Notes under the pieces: model-generated | Told to the model about the DNA's origin: nothing | The model's database searches: none | The model's input: the letters and a program-made list of their open reading frames with translations, nothing else | Virus record (IMG/VR): IMGVR_UViG_3300042291_001568 | Span: 1 to 64,000 of that record | Source of the DNA: a virus | Reading direction: 5' to 3' (one strand) | Length of the DNA stretch: 64,000 nucleotides | Shown: one piece after another, positions 19,454-29,095 of the stretch | How the letters are laid out: every line of letters begins with the position of its first letter | How positions within the stretch are numbered: position 1 is the stretch's first letter | Translations under genes and position numbers: made by a program

Positions 19454-19500
19454 TAAGGAAGATATAATGAACTCAACAACCTATACAAAAGGACAAAAAC

Positions 19501-19797
19501 ATGAGCAAAGTAAAAATTACGTGGAAAGCATTTGGAGATCATCCAGAAGCAAAACCACCACGCTTCGTGTCATCGGTGACATTCTCACCAGTGGCAGTTC
19601 TGGAAAGAGCAGACGCGATGGATATCTGCAACCAAGTCTTTCGTGACACCAACATGTACGAAGGCCCGCTGTGGAAAGTCATCGAGCCACTTCTTTCGCC
19701 ATCACGCACGCACACAGCGCTGTCTGTCGGCGACGAAGTAGAAGTCGATGGAGTTACCTTCCGCTGCGAAAGCGCCGGCTGGTCAAAAATCAAATAA
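19501..19797 (+). CDS. hypothetical protein (YodL-like C-terminus)
   Basis: HTALSVGDEVEVDGVTFRCESAGW resembles the YodL SLSVSD motif. Confidence 0.6.
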   Translation: MSKVKITWKAFGDHPEAKPPRFVSSVTFSPVAVLERADAMDICNQVFRDTNMYEGPLWKVIEPLLSPSRTHTALSVGDEVEVDGVTFRCESAGWSKIK

Positions 19798-19826
19798 GGT
19801 TTGGTTCCAATAAATAATCGGAACCT

Positions 19827-19954
19827 GGTGGTCCTGGGCCTACGCCCAGCTAAGCAGGCGGCTCTCACGAAGTACGCGGGTGCAATCATGTCACGGCCTC
19901 ACGGCCACGACTACGATTTGCAGAGTCGATTAGTAGAAGAGCATAGCGGCCACC
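19827..19954 (+). ncRNA. candidate structured RNA
   Basis: Closing stem GGTGGTC/GGCCACC enclosing hairpins CTGGGC/GCCCAG and TGCAATC...GATTTGCA; no RBS-led ORF. Confidence 0.4.
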
Positions 19955-20011
19955 GAATTCTCAGGAATATATAATGAACATACCAACAACAACAACAAAA
20001 GGACAAATGAC

Positions 20012-20377
20012 ATGGGCGACAGAGCAGTAATCGGATTCAAAGCGGACTCGGCAGCAGTGCCTGTGTTCCTCTATTCTCACTGGGGTGGAAGTGACAGGTA
20101 CAAGGACGCGCAGCGAGCAATCACTGCGGCAGCCCCACGGTGGAACGACCACGCTTATGCGACACGCATCGGCATCTCACAAATCGTTGAGAACTACTGG
20201 GCAGAAGAAACTGGGTTCGGCATCAGCGCCGGCCACAATTCATTCAGCACACCAGACTACGATGACGTAATTCTCATCACGTGGGAAGACAAGTTAGTCG
20301 AGATCGTCAGCGCAGGTGACACCACAAAGGTTGCACAGACAATGACGTTCAAGCAGTTTCTGGATCAGACCTCCTGA
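20012..20377 (+). CDS. hypothetical phage protein
   Basis: Cassette promoter and RBS; MGDRAVI...LYSHWGG. Confidence 0.8.
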   Translation: MGDRAVIGFKADSAAVPVFLYSHWGGSDRYKDAQRAITAAAPRWNDHAYATRIGISQIVENYWAEETGFGISAGHNSFSTPDYDDVILITWEDKLVEIVSAGDTTKVAQTMTFKQFLDQTS

Positions 20378-20439
20378 TCTAGAAACTAAGGAAGATATAA
20401 TAGTCTTACAACCCACAACAACAAAAGGACAAAAACACA

Positions 20440-20652
20440 ATGTCAACACAAATGAACATTCACGCCAATGACGGAGACAAGCTCTCAGTTGAGATCAAAG
20501 ACTGGGGCACGTACATCTCAGTCACTTTCAACTATGGCCGCAACTCAGTCACGATGTATCCCAAGGACGGCGACACAAGCGTTGCTGTGCAAGTTCACGA
20601 AGTGCTCAAAGCGCTTAGCAATCCCGAGATGTCTTTCCCTGGCAAAAACTAG
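20440..20652 (+). CDS. hypothetical protein
   Basis: Cassette promoter and RBS; stop inside the next motif. Confidence 0.8.
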   Translation: MSTQMNIHANDGDKLSVEIKDWGTYISVTFNYGRNSVTMYPKDGDTSVAVQVHEVLKALSNPEMSFPGKN

Positions 20653-20694
20653 GGAAGATATAATAATCTCACAACCTACAACAAAAGGACAAAA

Positions 20695-21183
20695 ATGACA
20701 ACTGAGGTAAACACCAATGGCATTCACGTGGTCGGCAAAGCCGTCTACCTTGAATTCCGCAAAGGCACCAGCACAACGCAAGTTCTTCTGATGCCAGAAG
20801 GCATGGCGTCAAGCCATTCACTGGCACCACTAGCAATGTATCGTCGTCGCTTGAGCGTCATTCAGCCGAAGAAGACATGGCGACAAATCGCTTCAAGCGT
20901 GACGTCGGTATCGGCAAGCGCAGGTGGAGTGCGGACAGAGCAAGCAGCAATGAACTTGTTAGCGTTTGCTGACACACTGTTCCAAGGACTAGTCAAGAAC
21001 GAATGGAAACTCTACAAAGAGCCAGTCGTCGTTGAAGTGACAGCCGAAGACTTGGAAGATGTGCGCCGAGCAAAGACTCCATACAAGACTCTTGGCCGAG
21101 TATGGAAAGCACGCAAGTTCCTAGGATTCCCTAAAGAATACTACGACTCAGTCGCACCAACTCCTCCATCCCCAGTAATCTAG
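20695..21183 (+). CDS. hypothetical protein
   Basis: Cassette promoter and RBS; stop inside the next motif. Confidence 0.8.
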   Translation: MTTEVNTNGIHVVGKAVYLEFRKGTSTTQVLLMPEGMASSHSLAPLAMYRRRLSVIQPKKTWRQIASSVTSVSASAGGVRTEQAAMNLLAFADTLFQGLVKNEWKLYKEPVVVEVTAEDLEDVRRAKTPYKTLGRVWKARKFLGFPKEYYDSVAPTPPSPVI

Positions 21184-21228
21184 GGATGATACAATGACTA
21201 CACAACCTACAACTACAAAGGACACTAA

Positions 21229-22221
21229 ATGACAACTACAACCTACGATGCACTATACCCTGGACTGACTAAGATACTCGTTAGCGCTGCAACCCAAGTG
21301 TTTGACACTGACGCTGCAAAGCAAATGGAGCGTATGACGACAGATGCAGGCAGGGCTTCAGCAGGACGAAGTGCCGCCCCAAAGAAGAAAGCAACAATGA
21401 TCGAAGCAGACGCACTCATAGCCGGTGACAAGTTCAAGCGGCCTAATGGCGAGATGTACTACACTCGCAAGTGGGGCGAACACGACGATGTCATGGTGCT
21501 TCGCAAAGCTCGCGACATGAGCAGCTACATTCTGCTCTACGGTGCGCCGGGTTGCGGAAAGACTGCACTCGTTGAAGCAGCGTACTGCGATGAGCCGGGT
21601 GGCATGTACACTATTCTTGGCTCTGGCGATACTGAAGTCTCTGACTTAGTCGGTGGCTACGTTCAAACGCCAAGCGGTGGCTTCCTTTGGGAAGATGGCC
21701 CACTGCTCAAAGCAGCCGAAGCAGGTGGAGTACTGCTCATTGATGAGGTCGGACTTATTGACCCTAAGGTTCTATCCATTGTCTATGGACTTATGGATGG
21801 ACGCCGTGAGTACACGGTAACTGCTAACCCGGAGCGTGGGACAGTGTCAGCGGCTGATGGCTTCTTTGTCATCGCAGCGACAAACCCCAATGCACCTGGC
21901 GTGCGACTCTCAGAAGCGTTGCTCTCGCGATTCATTATGCAGGCAGAGATGACAACTGACTGGGGACTCGCTCGCAAACTCGGTTGTCCTATTCCAATCG
22001 TGACAGCGGCACAGAATCTCGCCAAGAAGCAGCAATCATCTGAAGTATCGTGGGCACCACAGATGCGAGAGTTGCTCGGCTTCCGAGATCTTGCTAAAGA
22101 GTTTGGCACAAAGTTTGCGATCGCAAACCTTCTTGCTGCGGCTCCCGAGATGGATCGTCCCGTAGTGGCCGACGTCTTCACCAGAGTCTTCGGCGAGGAA
22201 TGCCGACCTGCCAAGATCTAG
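21229..22221 (+). CDS. MoxR/CbbQ/NirQ-type AAA+ ATPase
   Basis: Walker A GAPGCGKT, Walker B LLIDE, sensor ATNP, ALLSRF. Confidence 0.9.
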   Translation: MTTTTYDALYPGLTKILVSAATQVFDTDAAKQMERMTTDAGRASAGRSAAPKKKATMIEADALIAGDKFKRPNGEMYYTRKWGEHDDVMVLRKARDMSSYILLYGAPGCGKTALVEAAYCDEPGGMYTILGSGDTEVSDLVGGYVQTPSGGFLWEDGPLLKAAEAGGVLLIDEVGLIDPKVLSIVYGLMDGRREYTVTANPERGTVSAADGFFVIAATNPNAPGVRLSEALLSRFIMQAEMTTDWGLARKLGCPIPIVTAAQNLAKKQQSSEVSWAPQMRELLGFRDLAKEFGTKFAIANLLAAAPEMDRPVVADVFTRVFGEECRPAKI

Positions 22222-22237
22222 GCAGGCACACTGGTCT

Positions 22238-22276
22238 GTGAGCCAGCCTTGAGTAGGTTGGGGCTGGCTCACTTTC
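22238..22276 (+). terminator. intrinsic terminator-like hairpin
   Basis: Perfect 11-bp stem GTGAGCCAGCC/GGCTGGCTCAC followed by TTTC. Confidence 0.65.
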
Positions 22277-22331
22277 AAGAATTCTAGGGATTGTATAATA
22301 ATCACATACCTATAAACACAAAGGACAAACA

Positions 22332-24128
22332 ATGACGCACATCAAATACAGGAAGACAACCAGGGCCGAGGCCACGCCTTCAGAGTGGCTCAGCGTTGGC
22401 TCACAGGTTGGCCAGTTGGCTAATATCTGGAGCACCCGCGGCGACCTCATCGGTTACGTAGGACCTGGCGCTGGTGGCATGGCCCCAGCTTGCTACACCC
22501 CAGCGACTGCCGAGGTGGAAGTCAACGTAGACGTTGCCTTCGGTAAAGGCGTCAACCCGAGCGACATCGGCGATCTTCGCGATCGAAAGAATCAATTTGA
22601 ATGGCCAAAAGCTACAGGCGCGATCTTTCACGAAGCTCTTCACGCTCGCTTCTCTAACTGGGACATCGAGCAGGCTTACAAGGATCTGTCCCCTGCGGAG
22701 TTCAAAGCGCTTCTTCATCTTGAGGAAGGCCGCATTGAAAGCAATGGCGTAGCAATCCTTCCAGAGAATGCAGGGTTCCTCCGTGCATGCGCTCTCGAGA
22801 TTGTGCTCGCTGACATCGCAGAGAACCCGATCGGTGAGTCAGACACTCGTGCAGCAGCAATGCTCGCAGCACTTACGATGGCTCGTGTTGACGCAGGAGT
22901 TCTAGAGCCTGAAGACATCACAGGCTTGACTGAAGTCATTGAGTCTAAGCTTGGCGCAGAGCGCCTTGCGCAACTACGTGGCTGCTGGCTTGCATCGCAA
23001 GAGTACACTCGCCACAACGACATCACTGGTCTTTACGATGTTGCTCGCGAATGGGTACGCATCGTTGAAGAAGCAGCCGAAGAGAATGGCGATCAACCTG
23101 GCGAAGAACCTGGCGAAGGCGGCGCTGGCGCAGGTGGCGACATCAGTGAGTTTGTCAAAGGCGCACTTGAAGCACTTCAAGAAGCAGCGGACTCTGCAGT
23201 GGTCGGCTCGTACGATCAACTCGTTGATCAACAAGAGATCGAAGAATGGCAGGCGGAAGCAAAAAGCCGTGCATCAGAATCTCAACAAGAGAAAGAGCAC
23301 AAGGACATTGCCAATGAAGTATTTGGTCAAGGCACTGGGCCGATGGCCGATGCCAAGACAAACAGCCGACTTCTTGAATCACGAGTGCCTTCAAGCGAAG
23401 AACGTTCAGCAGCAGTGCTGGTCGCTAAGATGCTTGAGAAAGCAAAGTATCGCGACAGGGATGTAACTGAGGTACACTCAATTCTTCCTCCCGGCAGACT
23501 TCGCACTCGTGCGATGGTCCAAGGTGCGGCACTCAAGAGCAAAGGCATCATGACTCAAGTTGAGCCATGGCGCCGCACAGCGCGCAAGCACGTTGACGAT
23601 CCAACACTTACGATTGGTGTGCTGGTTGACATCAGCGGTTCAATGGGTGAAGCGATGGAAGCGATGGCTACAACAGCGTGGGTCATGAGTGAAGCAGTGC
23701 GACGCGTGCAAGGTAGAGCAGCGATGGTCTACTTCGGCGAAGGAGTGTTCCCCACTCTGAAGCCAGGGCAACACCTTGACAAAGTCAATGTGTACACTGC
23801 GTCTGATGGAACTGAGAAGTTCACACGAGCATGGAAAGCGCTCGATGGATCGCTTCATTTGCTGAAAGGCACAGGCGCAAGAATGCTTGTTGTAGTGAGC
23901 GATGGTTGCTACACAGGCGTTGAGAATGCGAGCGCACGCAGGACACTTGTGGAGTGCGAGCGCAATGGCGTGGCAGTCTTGTGGCTACCGATCGATGATG
24001 GTCGCACGGCACGAGGCATCTGCCAAAGCACTACCTCGGCGGTCATGCTGCCGAACACGAAGTCGCCAGCACTGGTGGCTTCAGAGATCGGTAAGGCCGC
24101 AGCCCGAGCCCTCACGGCAGCAGGCTGA
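22332..24128 (+). CDS. vWA-domain protein (CobT-like) with N-terminal HExxH metallopeptidase-like domain
   Basis: FHEALH and LEEGRIE; acidic linker; MIDAS VDISGS...SDG; adjacent to the MoxR ATPase. Confidence 0.88.
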   Translation: MTHIKYRKTTRAEATPSEWLSVGSQVGQLANIWSTRGDLIGYVGPGAGGMAPACYTPATAEVEVNVDVAFGKGVNPSDIGDLRDRKNQFEWPKATGAIFHEALHARFSNWDIEQAYKDLSPAEFKALLHLEEGRIESNGVAILPENAGFLRACALEIVLADIAENPIGESDTRAAAMLAALTMARVDAGVLEPEDITGLTEVIESKLGAERLAQLRGCWLASQEYTRHNDITGLYDVAREWVRIVEEAAEENGDQPGEEPGEGGAGAGGDISEFVKGALEALQEAADSAVVGSYDQLVDQQEIEEWQAEAKSRASESQQEKEHKDIANEVFGQGTGPMADAKTNSRLLESRVPSSEERSAAVLVAKMLEKAKYRDRDVTEVHSILPPGRLRTRAMVQGAALKSKGIMTQVEPWRRTARKHVDDPTLTIGVLVDISGSMGEAMEAMATTAWVMSEAVRRVQGRAAMVYFGEGVFPTLKPGQHLDKVNVYTASDGTEKFTRAWKALDGSLHLLKGTGARMLVVVSDGCYTGVENASARRTLVECERNGVAVLWLPIDDGRTARGICQSTTSAVMLPNTKSPALVASEIGKAAARALTAAG

Positions 24129-24142
24129 TACCAAAGATCGTC

Positions 24143-24188
24143 CACCTGGGAAGTCCTGCTTTGTTTGTCCTTTGCAGGCTCCCGGGTG
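24143..24188 (+). terminator. 3' hairpin with RBS-complementary loop
   Basis: Stem CACCTGGGA..CCTGC/GCAGGCTCCCGGGTG; loop TTTGTTTGTCCTTT. Confidence 0.55.
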
Positions 24189-24265
24189 CGGCACCTCTCC
24201 CGGGTACGAATATAATCTAGGGATTGTATAATAACTACTACAAGGACACACAACGGAAGGACAAC

Positions 24266-24676
24266 ATGAAAGCTACGTACACACTCTCAAAAGAACACGA
24301 CTATTCAAACTCGAGCCTCCCGTGGTACCGAAACCCGGACAACATCCCGGCGGACGAGCTCGAAGAAGCGGAAGCGCTATCGCGATCAATGTCAACGAGT
24401 GACAGCGAACACGAGTGGCGAATGCGTCACTACAAGTGGATGCGCATCGGCTACGGCTGGAGCGTCCGCTGCTACTATCCATGGTTCATGGATACACATG
24501 AAGATGGGATGCAGTTCATCCGCGGAATGTGCGATCATACTTGGGGTGAGCGAACCCAAGTTGGCGACAAGAATATCTACCTTGGCACCTACGAGTACGG
24601 CTACAACCACACGTGCTCAAAGTGTGACCACACAGAATATGTCAGAACATCATTCAACAACTACTCAGGAGACTAA
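24266..24676 (+). CDS. hypothetical protein
   Basis: Promoter and GGAAGGACA RBS before ATG 24266. Confidence 0.75.
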   Translation: MKATYTLSKEHDYSNSSLPWYRNPDNIPADELEEAEALSRSMSTSDSEHEWRMRHYKWMRIGYGWSVRCYYPWFMDTHEDGMQFIRGMCDHTWGERTQVGDKNIYLGTYEYGYNHTCSKCDHTEYVRTSFNNYSGD

Positions 24677-24677
24677 A

Positions 24678-25007
24678 ATGAAAGAACTTGAAACGCTAAG
24701 TGAAATCCAAGAAGCGATGGCTGTACTACTCCCAGGATCAAAGATCTACTTAGACAGGGAGAACTACGACGAGATCGTTATCCGCACTAAACGAATTGAG
24801 CCAGCAGATGGCCAACAACTCCACTCCACTTGGGAGATCATAGAGATGTATGAAGAAGAAGAGAATACAGAGCGCGTTCAATTCAGCATAACAATCACAG
24901 CACCAGCAGGGCCCGATGCGCATAAGTCAGCGTATGAAACTCTAGTGGAAATCTTGGAGCAAGACTCAATGTCAATGAGTAACTTCAACATAGAAACAAT
25001 CAACTAA
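24678..25007 (+). CDS. hypothetical acidic protein
   Basis: AGGAG RBS before ATG 24678 (MKELETL). Confidence 0.7.
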   Translation: MKELETLSEIQEAMAVLLPGSKIYLDRENYDEIVIRTKRIEPADGQQLHSTWEIIEMYEEEENTERVQFSITITAPAGPDAHKSAYETLVEILEQDSMSMSNFNIETIN

Positions 25008-25023
25008 CAAAGGAACAATCAAC

Positions 25024-25326
25024 ATGGCAAACATTCAAGTACTAAAGAAGATCAAAGTAGAACTTACAGCAGAAGAGCGTGAAGAGTTATTGACACGGTC
25101 GTACGGCATGTACACACAGTCAGGCAATCGACGTCTTGGAGAGATTATGGTAATGCGCTTCTCTCGTGGGATCGAGGTTATGAACTCAGATGACGACATC
25201 GCGAAACTCGTGCGAACAATTCAAGGCGCAGCGACACGCAACAAAAAGTTTGCGGAAGCAGACGACACGTCTGTTCGTGAGTCACTCGGTGCTACAATTG
25301 AAAGCCTCCTTGGCGCAGCAATCTAG
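25024..25326 (+). CDS. hypothetical protein
   Basis: AAAGGA RBS; stop inside the next motif. Confidence 0.75.
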   Translation: MANIQVLKKIKVELTAEEREELLTRSYGMYTQSGNRRLGEIMVMRFSRGIEVMNSDDDIAKLVRTIQGAATRNKKFAEADDTSVRESLGATIESLLGAAI

Positions 25327-25371
25327 GGATTGTATAATGATCTCATCAACACAAACCGAAAGGACAACGCA

Positions 25372-25671
25372 ATGGCAACTAGTTACTACATCGCAGCAAA
25401 TGGCGTAGAGACAGCAGTCGAGAATCTCATTGTCTTCACTGACACAGAGTTTGGATGCCGTATCTATATGGAAGGCACCAAGTTCATTGTGAACTGGACA
25501 GACTACGTAGCAAACGAATGGACTGAAGAGTACGATCTTCTTTCTGAAGCGTTGACACGACTCGCCATGCTTGCAGCATGCAAAGAAGCAAATTGGGAGT
25601 TGGGCTTCGGCACTTCGCCTGAAGAGCACCAAGTATCGGTAGCAGAATTCATGGAAGGAGTACTACAATGA
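25372..25671 (+). CDS. hypothetical protein (WxDYVAN family, paralog 1)
   Basis: Shares WxDYVANxWxExYDxLxxALxRxAxL with 27242..27538. Confidence 0.8.
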   Translation: MATSYYIAANGVETAVENLIVFTDTEFGCRIYMEGTKFIVNWTDYVANEWTEEYDLLSEALTRLAMLAACKEANWELGFGTSPEEHQVSVAEFMEGVLQ

Positions 25672-25871
25672 GAGTCCCACACATGTGCCCACGTTGCCAG
25701 TTTAGTTGGATTCCAACTAACGCGCACCCAGGCAAGTACCCAGGCGCAATCAGCAGGGCCGATAACAAGACTGAGATCTGCTCAGACTGTGGCACGGCTG
25801 AAGCGCTCCAAGACTTCACTGCGGGAGCGTCAACTCCAGTCTCGATGTGGCCAGTCGCCTCAAGGCGCTGA
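25668..25871 (+). CDS. zinc-finger protein
   Basis: CPRC...ALSR-like (AISR)...ICSDCG; ATGA overlap with the upstream gene. Confidence 0.7.
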   Translation: MRVPHMCPRCQFSWIPTNAHPGKYPGAISRADNKTEICSDCGTAEALQDFTAGASTPVSMWPVASRR

Positions 25872-25924
25872 GCAATCTAGGGATTGTATAATACTCTTAT
25901 ACCAACTACAAAGGACAAACTACA

Positions 25925-26221
25925 ATGGCATTCATTATTGACATCAAAGTAAAGACGCGCGTGCCTGGCAAATCATGGGACGTCACCGGGAAGTATCTCA
26001 ATGACGATCCAATTCTATTAGGGACTGTTATTTACAACGACAGAGACCCACGCGACGATCGCTGGGTACCGTACGCGGTCAATGGCAATCACCCTCTTAC
26101 GTGGTGCCCAACTAAGACGAAGGCAGTCAAGTTCTGCGCGACAGAATTACTTGAGCACTTCAGCGAAGTTGAGTGCCGTTGGGGCAAGCAAGCATGGAAC
26201 CTCAAGAAGATTGGAATCTAA
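25925..26221 (+). CDS. hypothetical protein
   Basis: Cassette promoter and RBS. Confidence 0.75.
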   Translation: MAFIIDIKVKTRVPGKSWDVTGKYLNDDPILLGTVIYNDRDPRDDRWVPYAVNGNHPLTWCPTKTKAVKFCATELLEHFSEVECRWGKQAWNLKKIGI

Positions 26222-26457
26222 TGACAAACCTAGACTACATCAAAAAAGAATACGGCTCGCTTATCGGGCGAACAATAAAGACCGTGCGACCACTATCGCT
26301 ATCTGAGATCGCGGACTTCGGCTGGGATAGCGGGTATGGCGAGGTAGCGTTCGTCATCGTTCTCGATGACGGGACCGCTCTTGTGCCATCGCAAGATGCA
26401 GAAGGCAACGGGCCTGGCCATATCTTTATTGAGTCAACCGTGACGGTGCCGGCATGA
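26221..26457 (+). CDS. hypothetical phage protein
   Basis: TAATG coupling; LDDGTALVPSQDAEGNGPG. Confidence 0.75.
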   Translation: MTNLDYIKKEYGSLIGRTIKTVRPLSLSEIADFGWDSGYGEVAFVIVLDDGTALVPSQDAEGNGPGHIFIESTVTVPA

Positions 26458-26695
26458 GCGTGGGCACGAGCTCAAGACGGGCAGCATTCTATAAGACGAT
26501 AACTGCACGCAACTTACGCAAACGCACTTGGATCAAAACGAAGAACCGGCCTGAGCGAGGCTTTATAAACTATGACGGGCACCTAAGCCATGGGTCGGAA
26601 TAACAAACCGGCCTGAGCTGGGACCTGTCAATGATGACGGGCACAAGATCTATGGAATATATAATGACTCTATACACAACAACAGAAGGACAGAT

Positions 26696-26893
26696 ATGAC
26701 AAAGCACTACTTTGCAGCAGATGGAAGTTATGGTGATGCCCAGATTATCGTGATTGACACGAGTGACTGGTCACAGGACGAGTGGGACATCATCGAGAAT
26801 TGTTCAGATAATGAGCGTCTCGACATCGCGTATCAGCTGACCCAAGGGCCGAAGATCCAGCAAGACATGTTACCAGGCCTCGATTCAATCTAG
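26696..26893 (+). CDS. hypothetical acidic protein
   Basis: Promoter variant and GAAGGACA RBS. Confidence 0.75.
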   Translation: MTKHYFAADGSYGDAQIIVIDTSDWSQDEWDIIENCSDNERLDIAYQLTQGPKIQQDMLPGLDSI

Positions 26894-26937
26894 GTCACCC
26901 TGCTAAACTTGGAATCTAGGGATTGTATAATGATCTC

Positions 26938-27189
26938 ATGGAAACAACAACGACAAACCCAACACACCAAGAATTAGTATCCGCTTTCGATGGAACAGCC
27001 CCAGGCAAAGTATTCGAGGCAACCTTCATTCCAGAAGATGCCCCGTATCCTAGCGTTGACCAATGGGACCGCCGATACTTCAAAGCAGCAAACAAAAAGG
27101 AAGCAGTGAAGATTGCTCGCCTTTATGGTCAAGAGATTATTGAGATGAAGTCAATCTTCGTCTACCTAGCAGGCCGCTCAGGCTGCTAG
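26938..27189 (+). CDS. hypothetical protein (leaderless)
   Basis: ATG 6 nt after TATAAT, no SD. Confidence 0.7.
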   Translation: METTTTNPTHQELVSAFDGTAPGKVFEATFIPEDAPYPSVDQWDRRYFKAANKKEAVKIARLYGQEIIEMKSIFVYLAGRSGC

Positions 27190-27241
27190 GTAGATCTAAG
27201 GATTGTATAATAGTCTTATCAACCACAACGAAAGGACAACA

Positions 27242-27538
27242 ATGACAATGTCAATGCTAATCGAAGAAACAGACAAAGTTCTATTCACGAGCCGAGGCGA
27301 CAACACAGAAGTTCATGTGACTCTCGAGACTGATGGATTCAAAGTCATCTGGGGCGACTACGTTGCCAATGCTTGGGAAGAAAAGTATGACTCGCTAGGA
27401 ACAGCGCTCGCTCGAGCCGCTGTCTTGATTCATGCTTCCGAGCACAATGACAACTTTGGCTTCAAGCAAAGCTCTGAACAAGAGTTTGCTGCCGCATGGA
27501 AAGAAGCTATGGACAACTTCGTATTCTACGAAAACTAG
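27242..27538 (+). CDS. hypothetical protein (WxDYVAN family, paralog 2)
   Basis: Homologous to 25372..25671; stop inside the next motif. Confidence 0.8.
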   Translation: MTMSMLIEETDKVLFTSRGDNTEVHVTLETDGFKVIWGDYVANAWEEKYDSLGTALARAAVLIHASEHNDNFGFKQSSEQEFAAAWKEAMDNFVFYEN

Positions 27539-27580
27539 GGATTGTATAATAATCACATGGACAACGACGAAAGGACAAAC

Positions 27581-27976
27581 ATGGACAGAGTAACAATCGA
27601 CATCGACGGAGGAAAGCTTACGCTTACCCGTCGCACATGGGGCAAGGGCACAAACTCACGAGACATGTACAAGGCACCACGCATGTACGTATCAGTGGCC
27701 GATGGCTCCGTGATGGAACACTTGGCAAACAGAACACGCCGCCCGTACAACGTCTACAAGACGTTGATCCACGCAAGCAGCCTCAAGGGAGTGCTCAACC
27801 TCTCTAAGCTCAGCTGGGATCAGTTCGCAGGGTGCACATGCCACTGCTCGCCGGGATTCGTTCTCGCCGCACAGAGCGTCACTATTGAGGGCGAGACCTT
27901 CCATAACTGGGACGCGTGGTTGGAACTTGACGGCGCGACAAGCCACGTCAACTTCAAGAAGCCAGCCCTGATCTAG
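27581..27976 (+). CDS. hypothetical phage protein
   Basis: WDQFAGCTCHCSPGF motif; stop inside the next motif. Confidence 0.8.
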   Translation: MDRVTIDIDGGKLTLTRRTWGKGTNSRDMYKAPRMYVSVADGSVMEHLANRTRRPYNVYKTLIHASSLKGVLNLSKLSWDQFAGCTCHCSPGFVLAAQSVTIEGETFHNWDAWLELDGATSHVNFKKPALI

Positions 27977-27994
27977 GGATTGTATAATAACTAC

Positions 27995-28174
27995 ATGGAA
28001 ACAATCATGAGGCACTTCGACTACATCGAGCACTACGAGCGTCAAGCGGAGCGTGAGGCAGCAAAAAAGAAACCCAATGCTGACCTCATCGCTTCGGCGA
28101 TGGCGTACGTGGCGCACTCACGGACAAGGATCGCGATCCTCAACGAGGCGTTCATCGCCGAGTTCGGCATCTAG
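27995..28174 (+). CDS. hypothetical protein (leaderless)
   Basis: ATG 6 nt after TATAAT; stop inside the next motif. Confidence 0.7.
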   Translation: METIMRHFDYIEHYERQAEREAAKKKPNADLIASAMAYVAHSRTRIAILNEAFIAEFGI

Positions 28175-28219
28175 GGATTGTATAATAGTCTCACAAGCAC
28201 GAACAACGAAAGGACAATC

Positions 28220-28405
28220 ATGGCGCAAATGAAGAGAATTTGGACGATGGGTCAAGAGATCATGGAGCAAGTCCGTGTGGAGTACCCTACTGACATCTTC
28301 CAGGAATTTGAAGAGAAGGTGATGGACATGTGTGCGGCCGTCAAAGAATCCGATGGGCTGACAGATGCCGAGTACTCACTCCTCCGCGAGGTGTGTGGAA
28401 TCTAA
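28220..28405 (+). CDS. hypothetical protein
   Basis: Cassette RBS; stop inside the next motif. Confidence 0.75.
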   Translation: MAQMKRIWTMGQEIMEQVRVEYPTDIFQEFEEKVMDMCAAVKESDGLTDAEYSLLREVCGI

Positions 28406-28447
28406 GGATGGTATAATAGTCTTATACCCACTACGAAAGGACAAATC

Positions 28448-28726
28448 ATGACACTTACTTACAACATGGACGTGGCGTTCAGCGACGACTACGAAACACT
28501 TGCGGATTCCTTGGAGGTCTTGGCGAAACTCTGCCCGACATCTTGGGTCCGCGTGAATGGAAACTGGGGCAGCGGCTGGCCGAACGTTACGGTCACCATT
28601 GAGGAATCCGATATTCTCGGAATCTGCACTTGGTACGGCGGTGAAGGCGCCACACCAGAGAGTCTTCTTGAGGACTCCAGCTTCGGTCCGATCCGCGAGG
28701 AAGGTCACCCAGGAATCTGGGACTGA
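28448..28726 (+). CDS. hypothetical protein (GWP family)
   Basis: Similar to 33724..33972 and to a segment of the giant ORF near 56290-56480. Confidence 0.75.
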   Translation: MTLTYNMDVAFSDDYETLADSLEVLAKLCPTSWVRVNGNWGSGWPNVTVTIEESDILGICTWYGGEGATPESLLEDSSFGPIREEGHPGIWD

Positions 28727-28780
28727 AACTCGGGATGGTATAATGGTCTTATACAACCGACCACGACGAAGGGACAAACA

Positions 28781-29005
28781 ATGATACTAAGAGAAAAAGA
28801 AGTTCAAACACTTAAGGAAGGCGAAAAAATCGTCTTCTCACGAGGTGGAGATACCGAACAGCAAATGGGAACAGTCCGCAGCATTGAAGTTGACGGAAAG
28901 TATGTGACCATCTGGTACACTTCAGAAAGTCAAGAAGTCTCGCTTATCCTTGCGGAAAAAGGAGAAACGATCTTCATCACTCGGAAAGACCGAGTGATGA
29001 ACTAG
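28781..29005 (+). CDS. hypothetical protein (SH3/OB-like beta-rich)
   Basis: Cassette promoter and RBS; stop inside the next motif. Confidence 0.75.
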   Translation: MILREKEVQTLKEGEKIVFSRGGDTEQQMGTVRSIEVDGKYVTIWYTSESQEVSLILAEKGETIFITRKDRVMN

Positions 29006-29023
29006 GGATGATATAATTAGTTC

Positions 29024-29095
29024 ATCGGGTTGGAACGACCCACACCTTCCGATTATGGAAGGCCCTGGCCCAGGGTAAAAGTTCCAGGGCACCTT
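29024..29095 (+). ncRNA. candidate small RNA cassette
   Basis: Promoter copy at 29000 followed by three hairpins and then another promoter copy at 29098; no RBS or ORF. Confidence 0.45.
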
